DNA of 64,000 bases. Source: Alphaproteobacteria bacterium (lineage in GTDB: Bacteria; Pseudomonadota; Alphaproteobacteria; Rs-D84; SZUA-605). The stretch lies in the NCBI GenBank assembly GCA_031549385.1, contig JAVBPW010000001.1:1-64000 (forward strand). The letters are read 5' to 3'. A program made the translations under genes and the position numbers. This document shows, in pieces, positions 31,422 to 41,586 of this stretch. The notes beneath the pieces were generated by a model. It had not been told where the DNA came from. It did no database searches and saw only the letters and a list, made by a program, of their open reading frames with translations. Numbering within the stretch: the stretch's first letter is position 1; each line of letters begins with the position of its first letter.

Positions 31422-31607
31422 CTATTTTAAATTTTCATCAATAGATTTTCTTAAGAAAACTATCGAAAATAATGGGAAGATTGTGGAAAATAAATTAGCT
31501 AAATCTAAATCTCCTAATAAATATCCTGAGACTGCTGAAATAATTCCTGTGATTGATACAAGGTATGTTTTTTTACCTTTTAACATTCCACCGTTTAATA
31601 AATTCAT
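31422..31607 (-). CDS. Holin-like small membrane protein
   Basis: GKKTY, two hydrophobic segments, basic tail; next to a cell wall hydrolase. Confidence 0.6.
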   Translation of the reverse strand: MNLLNGGMLKGKKTYLVSITGIISAVSGYLLGDLDLANLFSTIFPLFSIVFLRKSIDENLK

Positions 31608-31617
31608 TTTAATTCCT

Positions 31618-32079
31618 TTATATTTTGTAAAATAAATATTGTTTTATTTGAGTTTGGTAACCTTTTCCTTCTGCGAGTTCTGGAAATTCGTCTTCGTGAT
31701 GGTAAAAAGTAGATCCAAAGGTTGTATCCTTTAAAATTCCTCGTAGCACTTTACCGGCTAGCCTTGAACATATTGCAAATTCAGGATTGGTTATTGTGGT
31801 ACCTGGAAGTTTATTTTTTAATTTTTGATAAAAGTTTTCATCTAAACAAATTGAGTCTATGGTTTTATTAGCATGATTTGAATTTTTAATTCTGTTTGCT
31901 ATTGTGCATGCTATTGCTTCTTTTAAAATTAATGAAAGACCATAAGATTCATGATATATGGTAAAGGCTAGTATAAATTGTTGGTGTTCTTTCTTTTGAC
32001 AATCTTGAAGTAATATATCTTTATATTCTTTGGTTGCATTTGATTTTGTGAAATCACAAAATTTTAAACTATTTAACAT
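31618..32079 (-). CDS. SleB/Hydrolase_2-family cell wall hydrolase
   Basis: LAFTIYHES (catalytic Glu), IANR, D.T.GSTFYH, YLFY. Confidence 0.75.
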   Translation of the reverse strand: MLNSLKFCDFTKSNATKEYKDILLQDCQKKEHQQFILAFTIYHESYGLSLILKEAIACTIANRIKNSNHANKTIDSICLDENFYQKLKNKLPGTTITNPEFAICSRLAGKVLRGILKDTTFGSTFYHHEDEFPELAEGKGYQTQIKQYLFYKI

Positions 32080-32359
32080 TATACTTCCTTTTTTCTAATT
32101 TTTCTTCTATACGCAATAAATGATTTGTTAGACGAGTTTCAAGATCTCTAATGTAAGAAACCGAACAATAGGACATTGCTACTTCAAGCTTGTATGAAGA
32201 TAAATCTTCGGCAAGCTTTATAACATTTGCCTTTGCTTCGTCTTTTAATTGATTTAAATCGTTTTGAGTTTGCCTTGAATGGGATCTTAGTAAAAAAAAT
32301 AAGCCTGTTAGTGCAGGCAATTCTATTACTTGTATCCACCAAAAATAGCTAAATTCCAT
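32069..32359 (-). CDS. First gene of the virion cluster, membrane-anchored coiled-coil protein
   Basis: N-terminal hydrophobic WWIQVIELPALTGLFF, YKLEVA..Y.S, HLLRIEEKL. Confidence 0.7.
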   Translation of the reverse strand: MEFSYFWWIQVIELPALTGLFFLLRSHSRQTQNDLNQLKDEAKANVIKLAEDLSSYKLEVAMSYCSVSYIRDLETRLTNHLLRIEEKLEKRKYNVK

Positions 32360-32381
32360 TAGTACCCCCTGAGTTTAGATG

Positions 32382-32551
32382 AAAAAAGCCCAAAACCTTT
32401 CGATTTTGGGCAAAAAAAGAGGAGACCGAAGTCTCCATAAAAGTGAGAACCGAAGTTCTCATAAAGTGAAGTCCGAAGACTTCATAATTTCTTAGGAAAT
32501 AGTTTTCCCTTGAAGACTTATCAGTATATAGAACTTTTTCATAAAAGTCAA
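32382..32551 (-). promoter_or_regulatory. Virion-cluster leader: sigma70 promoter, three cUUCGg hairpins, intrinsic terminator
   Basis: TTGACT-N17-TATACT (32551..32523); hairpins at 32468..32483, 32445..32460 and 32421..32436; terminator 32388..32411 plus U6. Confidence 0.8.
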
Positions 32552-32773
32552 CTACAAATTTGAAATTTTATACATTGTTTTTTAATTTACAACAAAATAC
32601 TCTCTAAATACAATCTCTTAAATTTGTATAATTTTTTTCAAAAAGTGGACTAATTTTTCATTTTTAGACTAAATATTATAATATTTTGTAATTTTGCGAT
32701 TCGTAAAGTTTTCATTATTTACTTGCATTTTTGGTTTTGGACTGTACTATTTAACCCATAAGAGGAGAGAGAT

Positions 32774-33409
32774 ATGTTGAAAAAAATTTTGTTTGCATTA
32801 GTTTGCGCAGTTATAGGAACATCTTATGCCCAACTTAGCGAGGCAGATAATAAAGCAGCAGTTGATAAGATGAAAGCTTTAGTTACTGATGTAGAAGATA
32901 AAATTTTAAAACGAGATATCCCTCAAGATGAGAAAAATAAGCACTTTGATGAAATTCTTGTTTCCCAAATGGATTTGGAAAAGGTTTCATCATTTATTGT
33001 TGGAAAACCATGGAAAGAAGCAAATTCTGCTGATAAGGACAAATTTTTAAAATCTTTCAGACATTTTCAAATTTTAAGATTTAAAGAAACTTTTAATTCT
33101 TACTCTGATGAAGTTATTGAAGTTGGGGGTACTTTACCTTCTTCTTCTAAAAATCAATTGTTTGTTGAAATGCAAATTAAGTCAAAAAGTAAACAAGGTG
33201 AGCCTATTGATATTAAATGGAAAATGGCAAAAGAAAATAATGGAGATTTCAAAATTACTGATGTTGTGATTGAAGGAGTTTCTATGGCTGCTTCTTTAAA
33301 GCAAGAATATTCTGCTATTTTAAATAACGCTACAGGCAATAAGCTTGAATATCTTGCAAAAAAAATAGATGCTAAAGCAAAAGAATTTGAAAAGCCTAAA
33401 AAGAAATAA
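32774..33409 (+). CDS. mlaC: MlaC/Ttg2D-family periplasmic binding protein
   Basis: Signal peptide, VGKPW, KITDVVIEGVSM....KQEY. Confidence 0.8.
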   Translation: MLKKILFALVCAVIGTSYAQLSEADNKAAVDKMKALVTDVEDKILKRDIPQDEKNKHFDEILVSQMDLEKVSSFIVGKPWKEANSADKDKFLKSFRHFQILRFKETFNSYSDEVIEVGGTLPSSSKNQLFVEMQIKSKSKQGEPIDIKWKMAKENNGDFKITDVVIEGVSMAASLKQEYSAILNNATGNKLEYLAKKIDAKAKEFEKPKKK

Positions 33410-33419
33410 GGCGGTTCCT

Positions 33420-35294
33420 ATGAATAACAATACTTATACTAATATTGCTACTGCTCTTCGTATGCTATCTGTTGATATGGTTGTTAATGCTGGAAGTGGA
33501 CATCAAGGTATGCCGCTTGGTATGGCTGATATTGCAACTGTGTTATTTTGTAATCATTTAAATTTTAATACTCAAAATCCTCATTGGATTAATAGAGATA
33601 GATTTATTCTTTCTAATGGTCATGGTGTTGCTCTTCAATATTCACTACTTTATATGGCTGGGTATGAAGATATTAAACTTGAAGATATTAAAAATTTTAG
33701 ACAAGTTGGCTCAAAAGCTGCTGGACATCCTGAATATCGTTCTTTTGATGGAATTGAGACTACTACTGGTCCTTTAGGACAAGGGTTTGCTAATGCAGTT
33801 GGAATTGCTTTGGGACAAAAAATATTAAATAAAAAATGTGGCAAAAATGCTTTAGATTTTAAGGTATATTGTTTCTGTGGAGATGGCGATCTTATGGAAG
33901 GTATCTCATATGAAGCACAAAGTTTTGCTGGAAAAAACCAACTCAATAACCTGATAGCTGTTTTTGACAATAATCAAATTACTATTGATGGTAATGTTTC
34001 CCTTTCTCGAAAAGAAAATATTAAAGAAAGATTTTTATCAACTGATTGGAATGTTATTGAAATAGATGGTCATAATTTTAAGCAAATTGATGACGCTTTT
34101 AAAAAGGCTAAAAAGGAAACTAAGCGCCCTACTTTAATTATTGCTAATACTATTATTGGTAAGTTTAGTGAATTTGCTGGGGAAGCTAAAGTTCATGGAA
34201 ATCCTATTAATGCAGAGGGCAGAGAAAAAATTGCCAAAAAATTAAATTGGAAATATAAACCTTTTGAAATACCTGATGATATCATTTGTGAATTCCAAAA
34301 ACTATCATCACGTGGACAAGAAAAATTTGATAACTTTGATAAAAAATCTTTTGATGTTTTCGAAAAATTTTATGGCGATAGTTACAACGAAAAACAAATA
34401 AATTCTAAATTAAAAAAATATATTTCTGATATTGTTAAAAACAAAAAAGATGTTTCTACACGAAAAGCTTTCGGTGAAGTTTTAGGATTGGTTAAAGATG
34501 ATATTTTTGACTATGTTAATGGGTCTGCTGATTTGACTGAATCTAATAATTTTATAGTTGATGATGAATATATTAGATATGGTATCAGAGAACATTTTAT
34601 GGCTGCTTGTTCGAGTGGACTTTCATTAATGGGTTTTAAAAGCTTCTGTGGTACTTTCCTTGCTTTTTCTGATTATATGAGACCTGCTATTCGATTATCT
34701 TGTCTTATGGGGTTAGATGTTAATTACGTGTTTACTCATGACTCAATTGGGGTTGGAGAAGATGGACCTACTCATCAACCTGTTGAACAATTAAGTGGAT
34801 TACGATTAGTGCCTAATATTACTGTGTTTAGACCTTGTGATGCAATTGAAGCAACACAATGTTTGAAGTATTCGTTAGAAATAGATACACCAAAAGTATT
34901 TGCATTATCTCGTCAAAATTTGCCTGTTATTTTAGATAGCAAAACTGATAAAGTAAGTTATGGAGCATATGCTATTGTTGATTGTAAAAAACCATCATTA
35001 ATTATTATGGCAAGTGGCTCAGAAGTTCAAATAGCTTTAGAGTTGGCTAAAGATAAAAAAAATGTTCGAGTAATTTCATTTGTTTCTATGGAACTTTTTG
35101 AAAAACAAAATGAAAAATATAAATCAGAATTATTGCCAAAAGGCGTTAAAAAGGTTGCTATTGAAGCTGGAGTAACTGGTCTTTGGTATAAATATGCTAA
35201 TCAAGTTTTTGGTATTGATACATTTGGAAAATCTGGAAAATATAAAGACATTTTCGAATGGGCAAAATTGACTTATAAACAAATCAAAATTTAG
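33420..35294 (+). CDS. tkt: Transketolase
   Basis: SGHQGMPLG, GHPE, GPLGQG, GDGDLMEG, THDSIGVGEDGPTHQP; start reassigned to MNNNTY. Confidence 0.96.
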   Translation: MNNNTYTNIATALRMLSVDMVVNAGSGHQGMPLGMADIATVLFCNHLNFNTQNPHWINRDRFILSNGHGVALQYSLLYMAGYEDIKLEDIKNFRQVGSKAAGHPEYRSFDGIETTTGPLGQGFANAVGIALGQKILNKKCGKNALDFKVYCFCGDGDLMEGISYEAQSFAGKNQLNNLIAVFDNNQITIDGNVSLSRKENIKERFLSTDWNVIEIDGHNFKQIDDAFKKAKKETKRPTLIIANTIIGKFSEFAGEAKVHGNPINAEGREKIAKKLNWKYKPFEIPDDIICEFQKLSSRGQEKFDNFDKKSFDVFEKFYGDSYNEKQINSKLKKYISDIVKNKKDVSTRKAFGEVLGLVKDDIFDYVNGSADLTESNNFIVDDEYIRYGIREHFMAACSSGLSLMGFKSFCGTFLAFSDYMRPAIRLSCLMGLDVNYVFTHDSIGVGEDGPTHQPVEQLSGLRLVPNITVFRPCDAIEATQCLKYSLEIDTPKVFALSRQNLPVILDSKTDKVSYGAYAIVDCKKPSLIIMASGSEVQIALELAKDKKNVRVISFVSMELFEKQNEKYKSELLPKGVKKVAIEAGVTGLWYKYANQVFGIDTFGKSGKYKDIFEWAKLTYKQIKI

Positions 35295-35593
35295 TTATCA
35301 TCTACTTTTCGTCCTTTTGCTTTAAAAATACATGCTGAAGATTTACTATCCCAATTTCCACCACGACTTGTGCAATCTTTTTTATATGCATCATTTTTAA
35401 TCTCTTCTGCTTTTTTCTTTTCTTTATCTGCTGCTTTTTGCTCTTTCTTTTCAGCTTTTGCTAATGCTTTTTCTTCTTTTTTTATTTTATTTAATTCAGA
35501 ATTAATTTCTTTTTCTTGAGCTTTTTTGATTTGTTTTTCAATTTTTTGAGCAGTTTTTTCTTCTTTCTTAGTTATTACTGGGAGATATACCAA
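35291..35593 (-). CDS. Probable frameshifted C-terminal continuation of the Cys-rich secreted protein
   Basis: Repeats KAEKKEQKAADKE and KIEK.IKKAQ.KE from the upstream ORF; no RBS. Confidence 0.55.
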   Translation of the reverse strand: MVYLPVITKKEEKTAQKIEKQIKKAQEKEINSELNKIKKEEKALAKAEKKEQKAADKEKKKAEEIKNDAYKKDCTSRGGNWDSKSSACIFKAKGRKVDDN

Positions 35594-37022
35594 AATCCAT
35601 ATTATCTAAATCTTGTTGGATACTTTTATTTAAATCTTCTTGATCTTTTTTAGACTGTTTTAATGCGGCATCTAATTCTTTATCTTGAGCTTTTTTGATG
35701 GATTTTTCTATCTTTTCACCTTGCTTTATTTCTTTATCAGCTGCCTTTTGTTCTTTTTTCTCCGCCTTTTCTTCTGCTTTTGCCTCTGCCTTTGCTTCTT
35801 TTTCTGCTGAACTTTTAAATAGTGTTCCTGCTTGTAGTTTTCCACCAAGAATTCCACCTGCTATAGCTCCTACTCCTGCTGCTACTCCAGTTACTATATT
35901 CTTGTTTCCTTCTACTTTAGATTTTACTCCAGAAATTGGGTCATAACCAAAAGTTGCTGCGTCACATTTTAATACTTCACCATTGTTAAATGTTAATTTA
36001 ATTTCACCAGGATCGTTTGCTCCTACTGCTGGATATTTTAATGATACGTCAAATGTACATGAACCAACACCATTGAATGTTCCGTTAATATTTTCACATG
36101 CTTTTTGCCATGCGTCAAATTCGTTTTGCATAGATTTTTGATCTTTTTCTATTTTTGAAATTACTTTGTCATATCCATATGATCCTATTGATTGACATCT
36201 GTCTATTACTTCCAAACATGTTGCTCTGTATGTTGCACGTGAAATGCTGTCAAAACAAAGTTCATATTGGTATTTTTCACCACGACATGCTTTAGCCATA
36301 CATGATTCTATTTCAGAATCACATTTACTTATTGCTGCTAGTTTTGCTGAATCTAAATTACCCTGTCTTGAATTATCAAGTTCCATTATGAAATTTGCCC
36401 ATACGTCTTGTGAAACTGATACTCCACAATCTATTAAAACACCTTCACAAGCTTGTTTCTTTAATGTTACTTGGTCAAGATTTAATGTTGCACAATTTTC
36501 ATAATTTGCTCCACACACTGAACCTGATTTCATACATCCATTAAATTTTTTTGAACAATCTGAAATATTTGCTGAAAGCATTCTTTCAAATTCTGCATCT
36601 GCTTTATTTTGTTCTGCTATAATTTCTGCTTTGAATGCATTTAATTCTTTTTCATAAGATTTTGCTATATTTTCAAATGTGTAAACTTTATCTTTGATTT
36701 CTATCATTGTGAAATCTGTAACTGTTGTTGTGGCAGTAGTAGTTGTTGTTGCAGCTGTTGTTCTTGGAGTAGTCCCTGCTTTTGTTGTAGTTGTTACTCT
36801 GTTTGCACCTGTTCGACTTGATGCAGCACGACCACTTGTTCCACGAGATGCAGCAGCCTTACTTCTTAATTGAGTACTTGAACTTGAGCTTTTACTTGAT
36901 GAAGATGCAGCACTTTTAGAAGCTGAACTTCTTCCTGTGTTTGCTCTTTGAGAATATGAGTAAGAAGATGCAATAACTAGCATCGCAAACAAAATTAAGT
37001 ATCTTTTATTAAATTTGTGCAC
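35568..37022 (-). CDS. Secreted Cys-rich protein with Ser/Thr/Arg-rich N-terminus and glycine-zipper helix
   Basis: GTG start after AGGAG; signal peptide; many Cys; GVAAGVGAIAGGILG. Confidence 0.75.
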   Translation of the reverse strand: MHKFNKRYLILFAMLVIASSYSYSQRANTGRSSASKSAASSSSKSSSSSTQLRSKAAASRGTSGRAASSRTGANRVTTTTKAGTTPRTTAATTTTTATTTVTDFTMIEIKDKVYTFENIAKSYEKELNAFKAEIIAEQNKADAEFERMLSANISDCSKKFNGCMKSGSVCGANYENCATLNLDQVTLKKQACEGVLIDCGVSVSQDVWANFIMELDNSRQGNLDSAKLAAISKCDSEIESCMAKACRGEKYQYELCFDSISRATYRATCLEVIDRCQSIGSYGYDKVISKIEKDQKSMQNEFDAWQKACENINGTFNGVGSCTFDVSLKYPAVGANDPGEIKLTFNNGEVLKCDAATFGYDPISGVKSKVEGNKNIVTGVAAGVGAIAGGILGGKLQAGTLFKSSAEKEAKAEAKAEEKAEKKEQKAADKEIKQGEKIEKSIKKAQDKELDAALKQSKKDQEDLNKSIQQDLDNMDFGISPSNN

Positions 37023-37151
37023 TCTTTTCTCCTGAAATCTTGTCATATTGTATCACAAAATTCGTTGTATTAAAAGCATTTTTTAATTTTTTTATTGCTT
37101 CTTTCTGGTTTTATGCTATAAGGTAGGAAATTTAAATATATGAGGTTTTTT

Positions 37152-37808
37152 ATGGATTTGATTATTCGTGGACAAGTGGGAAGGATTGAGGCTGCATATC
37201 AGAAGAATCCACAACCAGCTGCCCCTGTTGTTTTAGTTATGCCTGATGCTCCTAATGTTAGTGGAGCTAATATGAACGATAAGTTAACTTATACACTGTT
37301 TCATTCATTCGTTAATGAAGGGTTTCATACTTTAAGAATGAACTTTAGATCTGTTGGAAGATCAGAAGGCGAATTCACTGGTGGCGAAGGCGAACTTGCT
37401 GATGCTGGGTGTATTTTAGACTGGATACAAAAGAATCATGAATATTCTGAAAATATCTGGGTAGCTGGAGTTGGCTTTGGTGCTTATATAGGAATGCAAC
37501 TTTTAATGAGAAGACCGGAAATTACTACTTTTATTACAGTTAATCCACCATTGGCTGATTTTGACTTTTCATTCTTATCACCATGCCCTTGTAACGGTTT
37601 GATTTTAAACTCTGCTGGAGATACTAACGAAAACCATAATTTACGTAAAGCATTGGCTGATAAAATTAATGAACAAAAAGATGTTAAAGTTAAATACGTT
37701 TCTTTAAAAGATACTACTCCGGCTTTTGAAAATAGATTGCCATTACTATTTAAAACTTTGAGAGAATATATCGCTACACAAAAAGATAAAGAAAATAAGT
37801 TGATATAA
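37152..37808 (+). CDS. Alpha/beta hydrolase-fold protein, apparently catalytically degenerate
   Basis: [32 protein letters not shown]; nucleophile elbow reads GVGFG. Confidence 0.85.
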   Translation: MDLIIRGQVGRIEAAYQKNPQPAAPVVLVMPDAPNVSGANMNDKLTYTLFHSFVNEGFHTLRMNFRSVGRSEGEFTGGEGELADAGCILDWIQKNHEYSENIWVAGVGFGAYIGMQLLMRRPEITTFITVNPPLADFDFSFLSPCPCNGLILNSAGDTNENHNLRKALADKINEQKDVKVKYVSLKDTTPAFENRLPLLFKTLREYIATQKDKENKLI

Positions 37809-38797
37809 TGAATAATGATGAACAAAGAATTTTTGATGCTAAGAAAAAAGATGAAGACATTTTATCTTTAAGACCAAAGTTTTTAAAAGAACTAATTGGT
37901 CAAATGGAAGTTAAAGATAATTTAGATGTTTTTATTTCTGCAGCGCTTAAGGAAAGCAGAGCTTTGGATCATGTTCTTTTTCATGGACCTCCAGGACTTG
38001 GAAAAACTACACTCGCTCATATTGTTGCTAGAGAATTAGGAGTTGGATTTAGAGCAACTTCCGCACCTATGATTTCTAAGGCTGGTGACTTGGCTGCTAT
38101 TCTTACAAATTTACAACAAAATGATGTTTTGTTTATTGATGAAATTCATAGATTAAACCCAGCTATTGAAGAAGTTTTATATTCTGCGATGGAAGATTTC
38201 CAATTGGATTTAATTATTGGTGAGGGTCCTGCTGCAAGATCTGTTAGAATTGATTTGCAACCTTTTACTCTTGTTGGAGCTACTACAAAAACTGGGCTTT
38301 TAACTTCACCACTTCGTGAAAGATTTGGAATTCCTATGCGAATGAAATTTTATTCTCATGATGAACTTGCTCAAATTGTTTCTCGTTCTGCCAATCTTTT
38401 AGGAATTGATATTAATGATGATGCAGCACTTAAAATTGCACAAAGTTCTCGTGGAACTCCTCGTATTTCTAATCGTCTTTTAAAGAGAATTAAAGATTTT
38501 GCTGTTTACAAAAATTTAGAAAAAATATCTTTTGATATGACCTTAGATGCTCTTAAAAGATTAGGTGTTGATGAAATCGGACTTGATGAAATGGATCAAA
38601 GATATTTGAATTATATCATTAATAATTATGGCGGTGGGCCTGTTGGAATTGAAAATATTGCAGCTGGACTTTCTGAAGAATTATCTACTATTGAAGATGT
38701 GATAGAACCATTTTTATTACAACAAGGATTTATTCAAAGAACACCTCGTGGAAGAGTTGTAACTGAAATAACTTATACTCATTTGAAAAAACACTAA
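37808..38797 (+). CDS. ruvB: Holliday junction helicase RuvB
   Basis: [30 protein letters not shown]. Confidence 0.98.
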   Translation: MNNDEQRIFDAKKKDEDILSLRPKFLKELIGQMEVKDNLDVFISAALKESRALDHVLFHGPPGLGKTTLAHIVARELGVGFRATSAPMISKAGDLAAILTNLQQNDVLFIDEIHRLNPAIEEVLYSAMEDFQLDLIIGEGPAARSVRIDLQPFTLVGATTKTGLLTSPLRERFGIPMRMKFYSHDELAQIVSRSANLLGIDINDDAALKIAQSSRGTPRISNRLLKRIKDFAVYKNLEKISFDMTLDALKRLGVDEIGLDEMDQRYLNYIINNYGGGPVGIENIAAGLSEELSTIEDVIEPFLLQQGFIQRTPRGRVVTEITYTHLKKH

Positions 38798-38830
38798 TTT
38801 AATAAACTTAATTTTTAAAACCTATTATAT

Positions 38831-39190
38831 ATGAATACAAACAAACAGTTCTGGAAAATTGTGAATAATTCAGATTCACAAAAAAATCAAATTTGCGAAC
38901 TTATCAGATTGATAAGTAAACTTGACGGAAGATTAACTGAACTTGAAGAAGTTATACTTTGGATACTTCTGTCCGAAAAAACTTTAGGACAAACAGCGCT
39001 TGTTCGTTATTCTATTAAGTTCAATTTTGACTTTAGTACTATTACCGTACCTATTAAAGTAATAGGAGATTTTTTGAAAGGGGAAAAGGAAGTAAATTTT
39101 ATTCCTGAAAATCCGGAGCAAGAAAAAGAACTTGAAAAATCTTTAAACCTCTTGAGTGATTTAAAAAATCTTTATCAAGAAGTTGCTTAA
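38831..39190 (+). CDS. Hypothetical protein (SD-less leader)
   Basis: 119-aa ORF followed by a terminator hairpin. Confidence 0.6.
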   Translation: MNTNKQFWKIVNNSDSQKNQICELIRLISKLDGRLTELEEVILWILLSEKTLGQTALVRYSIKFNFDFSTITVPIKVIGDFLKGEKEVNFIPENPEQEKELEKSLNLLSDLKNLYQEVA

Positions 39191-39224
39191 AAAATTAGAG
39201 CCTGTTTTTTACAGGCTCGTTTTT

Positions 39225-40658
39225 TTATAAAGTTGATACAGTTACAACGTCAGGAACGCCACCTGCAAGAACTGATTTATTTTCGTCACTTCTTTTTCCC
39301 AATGTAATTACTATATTGTCACCGGATTTTAAGCCTAAATAATTTGCAGCATATTTTTTTGCTAAACTTTCAAAATCTGTATAATTTGGATCTTCTTTTT
39401 CTTCCAAAATAACTGATCTTACACCCCAAAACAATTCACTTTGTCTTGCAAATTCTTCATTTCTTGTTAAACATAACATTGGAGTTTGTATACGATAAGA
39501 TGACATTATTTTTGGTAATGTTCCTGTTATTGAAAAACATACTATTGCTTTTGCATTTATTTTTTTTGCTAGCTTTGCAACCATTAAACCAATTGCTTCT
39601 TTTAATGTTACTACATCTTTTGAACGAGCTGATGCATTTAAAAATTTATTCCAATTTGATGAATGTTCTACATCTTCAATAATGTCTTCCATCATATTTA
39701 CTGTTTCTATTGGATATTTTCCTGTTGCTGTTTCCGCTGATGTCATTACTGCATCTGCTCCTAAATAAACCGCTGTTGCTACGTCTGATGTTTCAGCACG
39801 TGTTGGTGATGGATTTTCTATCATAGATTCCATCATTTGTGTTGCAACTATTACTGGCTTTCCATACTTTTGACACATAGAAATTATATCACGTTGAATT
39901 GATGGAACTTTTGATTGACCTATTTCAACTGCAAGATCACCTCGAGCAACCATTATACCATCTGATTCTTTTACTATATTTTCTAAATCTTCTACGGCTG
40001 ACGGTTTTTCTATCTTAGAAATTATTTTTAATTTTCCATCTGTTTTACTTCTTACTTCAATTACATCTTTTGCAGTTTGAACAAATGAAATTGCTAAATA
40101 ATCTACATTTTGAGTTAGAACAAATTTTAAATCATTTTCATCTTTTTCTGTTAGTATTGGGATATCCAAAATAGTGTTTGGAATATTGAAACCTTTTTTA
40201 TCTGATAATTTATCACCATACAAAACTTTTGTTTCTGCAAAATCCTTTCCAGCTTTTAAAACTTCAAGCGCTACATAACCATCATTTAATAAAATTTTTT
40301 GACCTTTTGTTAGTACTTTAAATACTTCTGGATTTGGAAGACGAACTCCTTGTTCATCTCCTAATTTATCTTCTAGATAAATTTTAAAATCCTGACCTGG
40401 TTTTAATTTTATTTCACCATCTTTAAAACAACCTATTCTGTGTTTTGGACCTTGTAAATCAGCCAATATTGCAACTGGACGATTTAATTCTTTTGATATT
40501 CTTTTAATATCTTTTATTTTTGCACCTTGTTCAGCATGATCACCATGACTGAAGTTTACTCGACATACATCCACACCAGCTTCAAGGATTTCTTTTATTT
40601 TCTTCTCTGATGATGGACCAATTGTTGAGACTATTTTTGTAAACGTATTTTTTGACAT
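39225..40658 (-). CDS. pyk: Pyruvate kinase
   Basis: TKIVSTIGPSS, RVNFSHG, DLQGPK, KIEK, MVARGDL, ATQMMESM; start reassigned to MSKN. Confidence 0.97.
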   Translation of the reverse strand: MSKNTFTKIVSTIGPSSEKKIKEILEAGVDVCRVNFSHGDHAEQGAKIKDIKRISKELNRPVAILADLQGPKHRIGCFKDGEIKLKPGQDFKIYLEDKLGDEQGVRLPNPEVFKVLTKGQKILLNDGYVALEVLKAGKDFAETKVLYGDKLSDKKGFNIPNTILDIPILTEKDENDLKFVLTQNVDYLAISFVQTAKDVIEVRSKTDGKLKIISKIEKPSAVEDLENIVKESDGIMVARGDLAVEIGQSKVPSIQRDIISMCQKYGKPVIVATQMMESMIENPSPTRAETSDVATAVYLGADAVMTSAETATGKYPIETVNMMEDIIEDVEHSSNWNKFLNASARSKDVVTLKEAIGLMVAKLAKKINAKAIVCFSITGTLPKIMSSYRIQTPMLCLTRNEEFARQSELFWGVRSVILEEKEDPNYTDFESLAKKYAANYLGLKSGDNIVITLGKRSDENKSVLAGGVPDVVTVSTL

Positions 40659-40746
40659 AAATTTTCCTTGCTTTTTTTCTCTATTTATCTTACATTTTTG
40701 AAAGTCCATTATAATACACATTTAATTTAAAATAAAGGAGAAAGTT

Positions 40747-40986
40747 ATGGCTGAAGCAAAAGGTGTAGCAAAAGAACAATTAAAAAAGTTCATTGAAAGA
40801 ATCGAACGTTTAGAAGAAGAAATGAAGAACTTAAGACAAGATATTAAAGAAGTGTTTGACGAAGCCAAAATTACTGGATTTGACGTACCTGCTTTGAAAC
40901 AAGTTTTGAAAATGAAGAAAGTAGATCCTGAAAAGAGAGAAATGCACGAAATGATGGTTAAAACATATTTCGACGCTATTAAATAA
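40747..40986 (+). CDS. gapR: GapR/DUF2312 nucleoid-associated protein
   Basis: QLKKFIERIERLEEE...DIKEVF.EAK..GFD. Confidence 0.9.
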   Translation: MAEAKGVAKEQLKKFIERIERLEEEMKNLRQDIKEVFDEAKITGFDVPALKQVLKMKKVDPEKREMHEMMVKTYFDAIK

Positions 40987-41031
40987 TAGGATTTGAAAAG
41001 ATATAAAAAGAAGCCCCAAATGGGGCTCTTT

Positions 41032-41586
41032 TTAATTTCGGTGTTCAATTTCATGAACAACATTTCTTTTTTCAAAGGAATATACGGCTTTTCTGCTTGA
41101 TGCATTACTATTATGAACAATGCAATATACCTTTTCGAAAATATTGAGTGTTTTGAAACACCATGGCTCTTTGATTTCAACACGTATTATATCACCCCTC
41201 TTCATATCGACGAATTTATAAGATGTGTTTTCTTTTTCGTTTTCATAAAAAACATGAACACCACCAGTTCCCAGTTCTTCATGATGGTAAGACGGAGCTT
41301 TTTTGAAAACTGCAGGAAGCTTTATAAACATAATAGGGGAGCCGCCTACCGACATATTCCTGAACATGATTAAATTTGTATCCTCATGTATGATTTCATA
41401 CATTTGATCAAATTTGATATCATCCCACTTATATTTGTCTTTATACATCTTTGATATTTCTGTTGGTTGCCCGTCATGGATAAATGTCAGGCGATTGTCC
41501 TTTTCAAAAAAGAACATTTGTTCACTGATCCTCCAATGATGCACCTTTAGGATATCAAGTACCCCTGTTGTTATTTCATCTGCCAT
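41032..41586 (-). CDS. Hypothetical protein (SD-less cassette)
   Basis: 184-aa ORF with upstream TTGACA and a downstream hairpin. Confidence 0.6.
   Translation of the reverse strand: MADEITTGVLDILKVHHWRISEQMFFFEKDNRLTFIHDGQPTEISKMYKDKYKWDDIKFDQMYEIIHEDTNLIMFRNMSVGGSPIMFIKLPAVFKKAPSYHHEELGTGGVHVFYENEKENTSYKFVDMKRGDIIRVEIKEPWCFKTLNIFEKVYCIVHNSNASSRKAVYSFEKRNVVHEIEHRN

Noticed and set aside
17719-32359. Ordinary intact prophage
   Set aside because: No integrase, immunity or replication genes, and core host genes lie between the blocks
40722-41183. 153-aa minus-strand ORF and other short overlapping ORFs in the track
   Set aside because: Antisense or out-of-frame shadows of well-supported genes such as gapR
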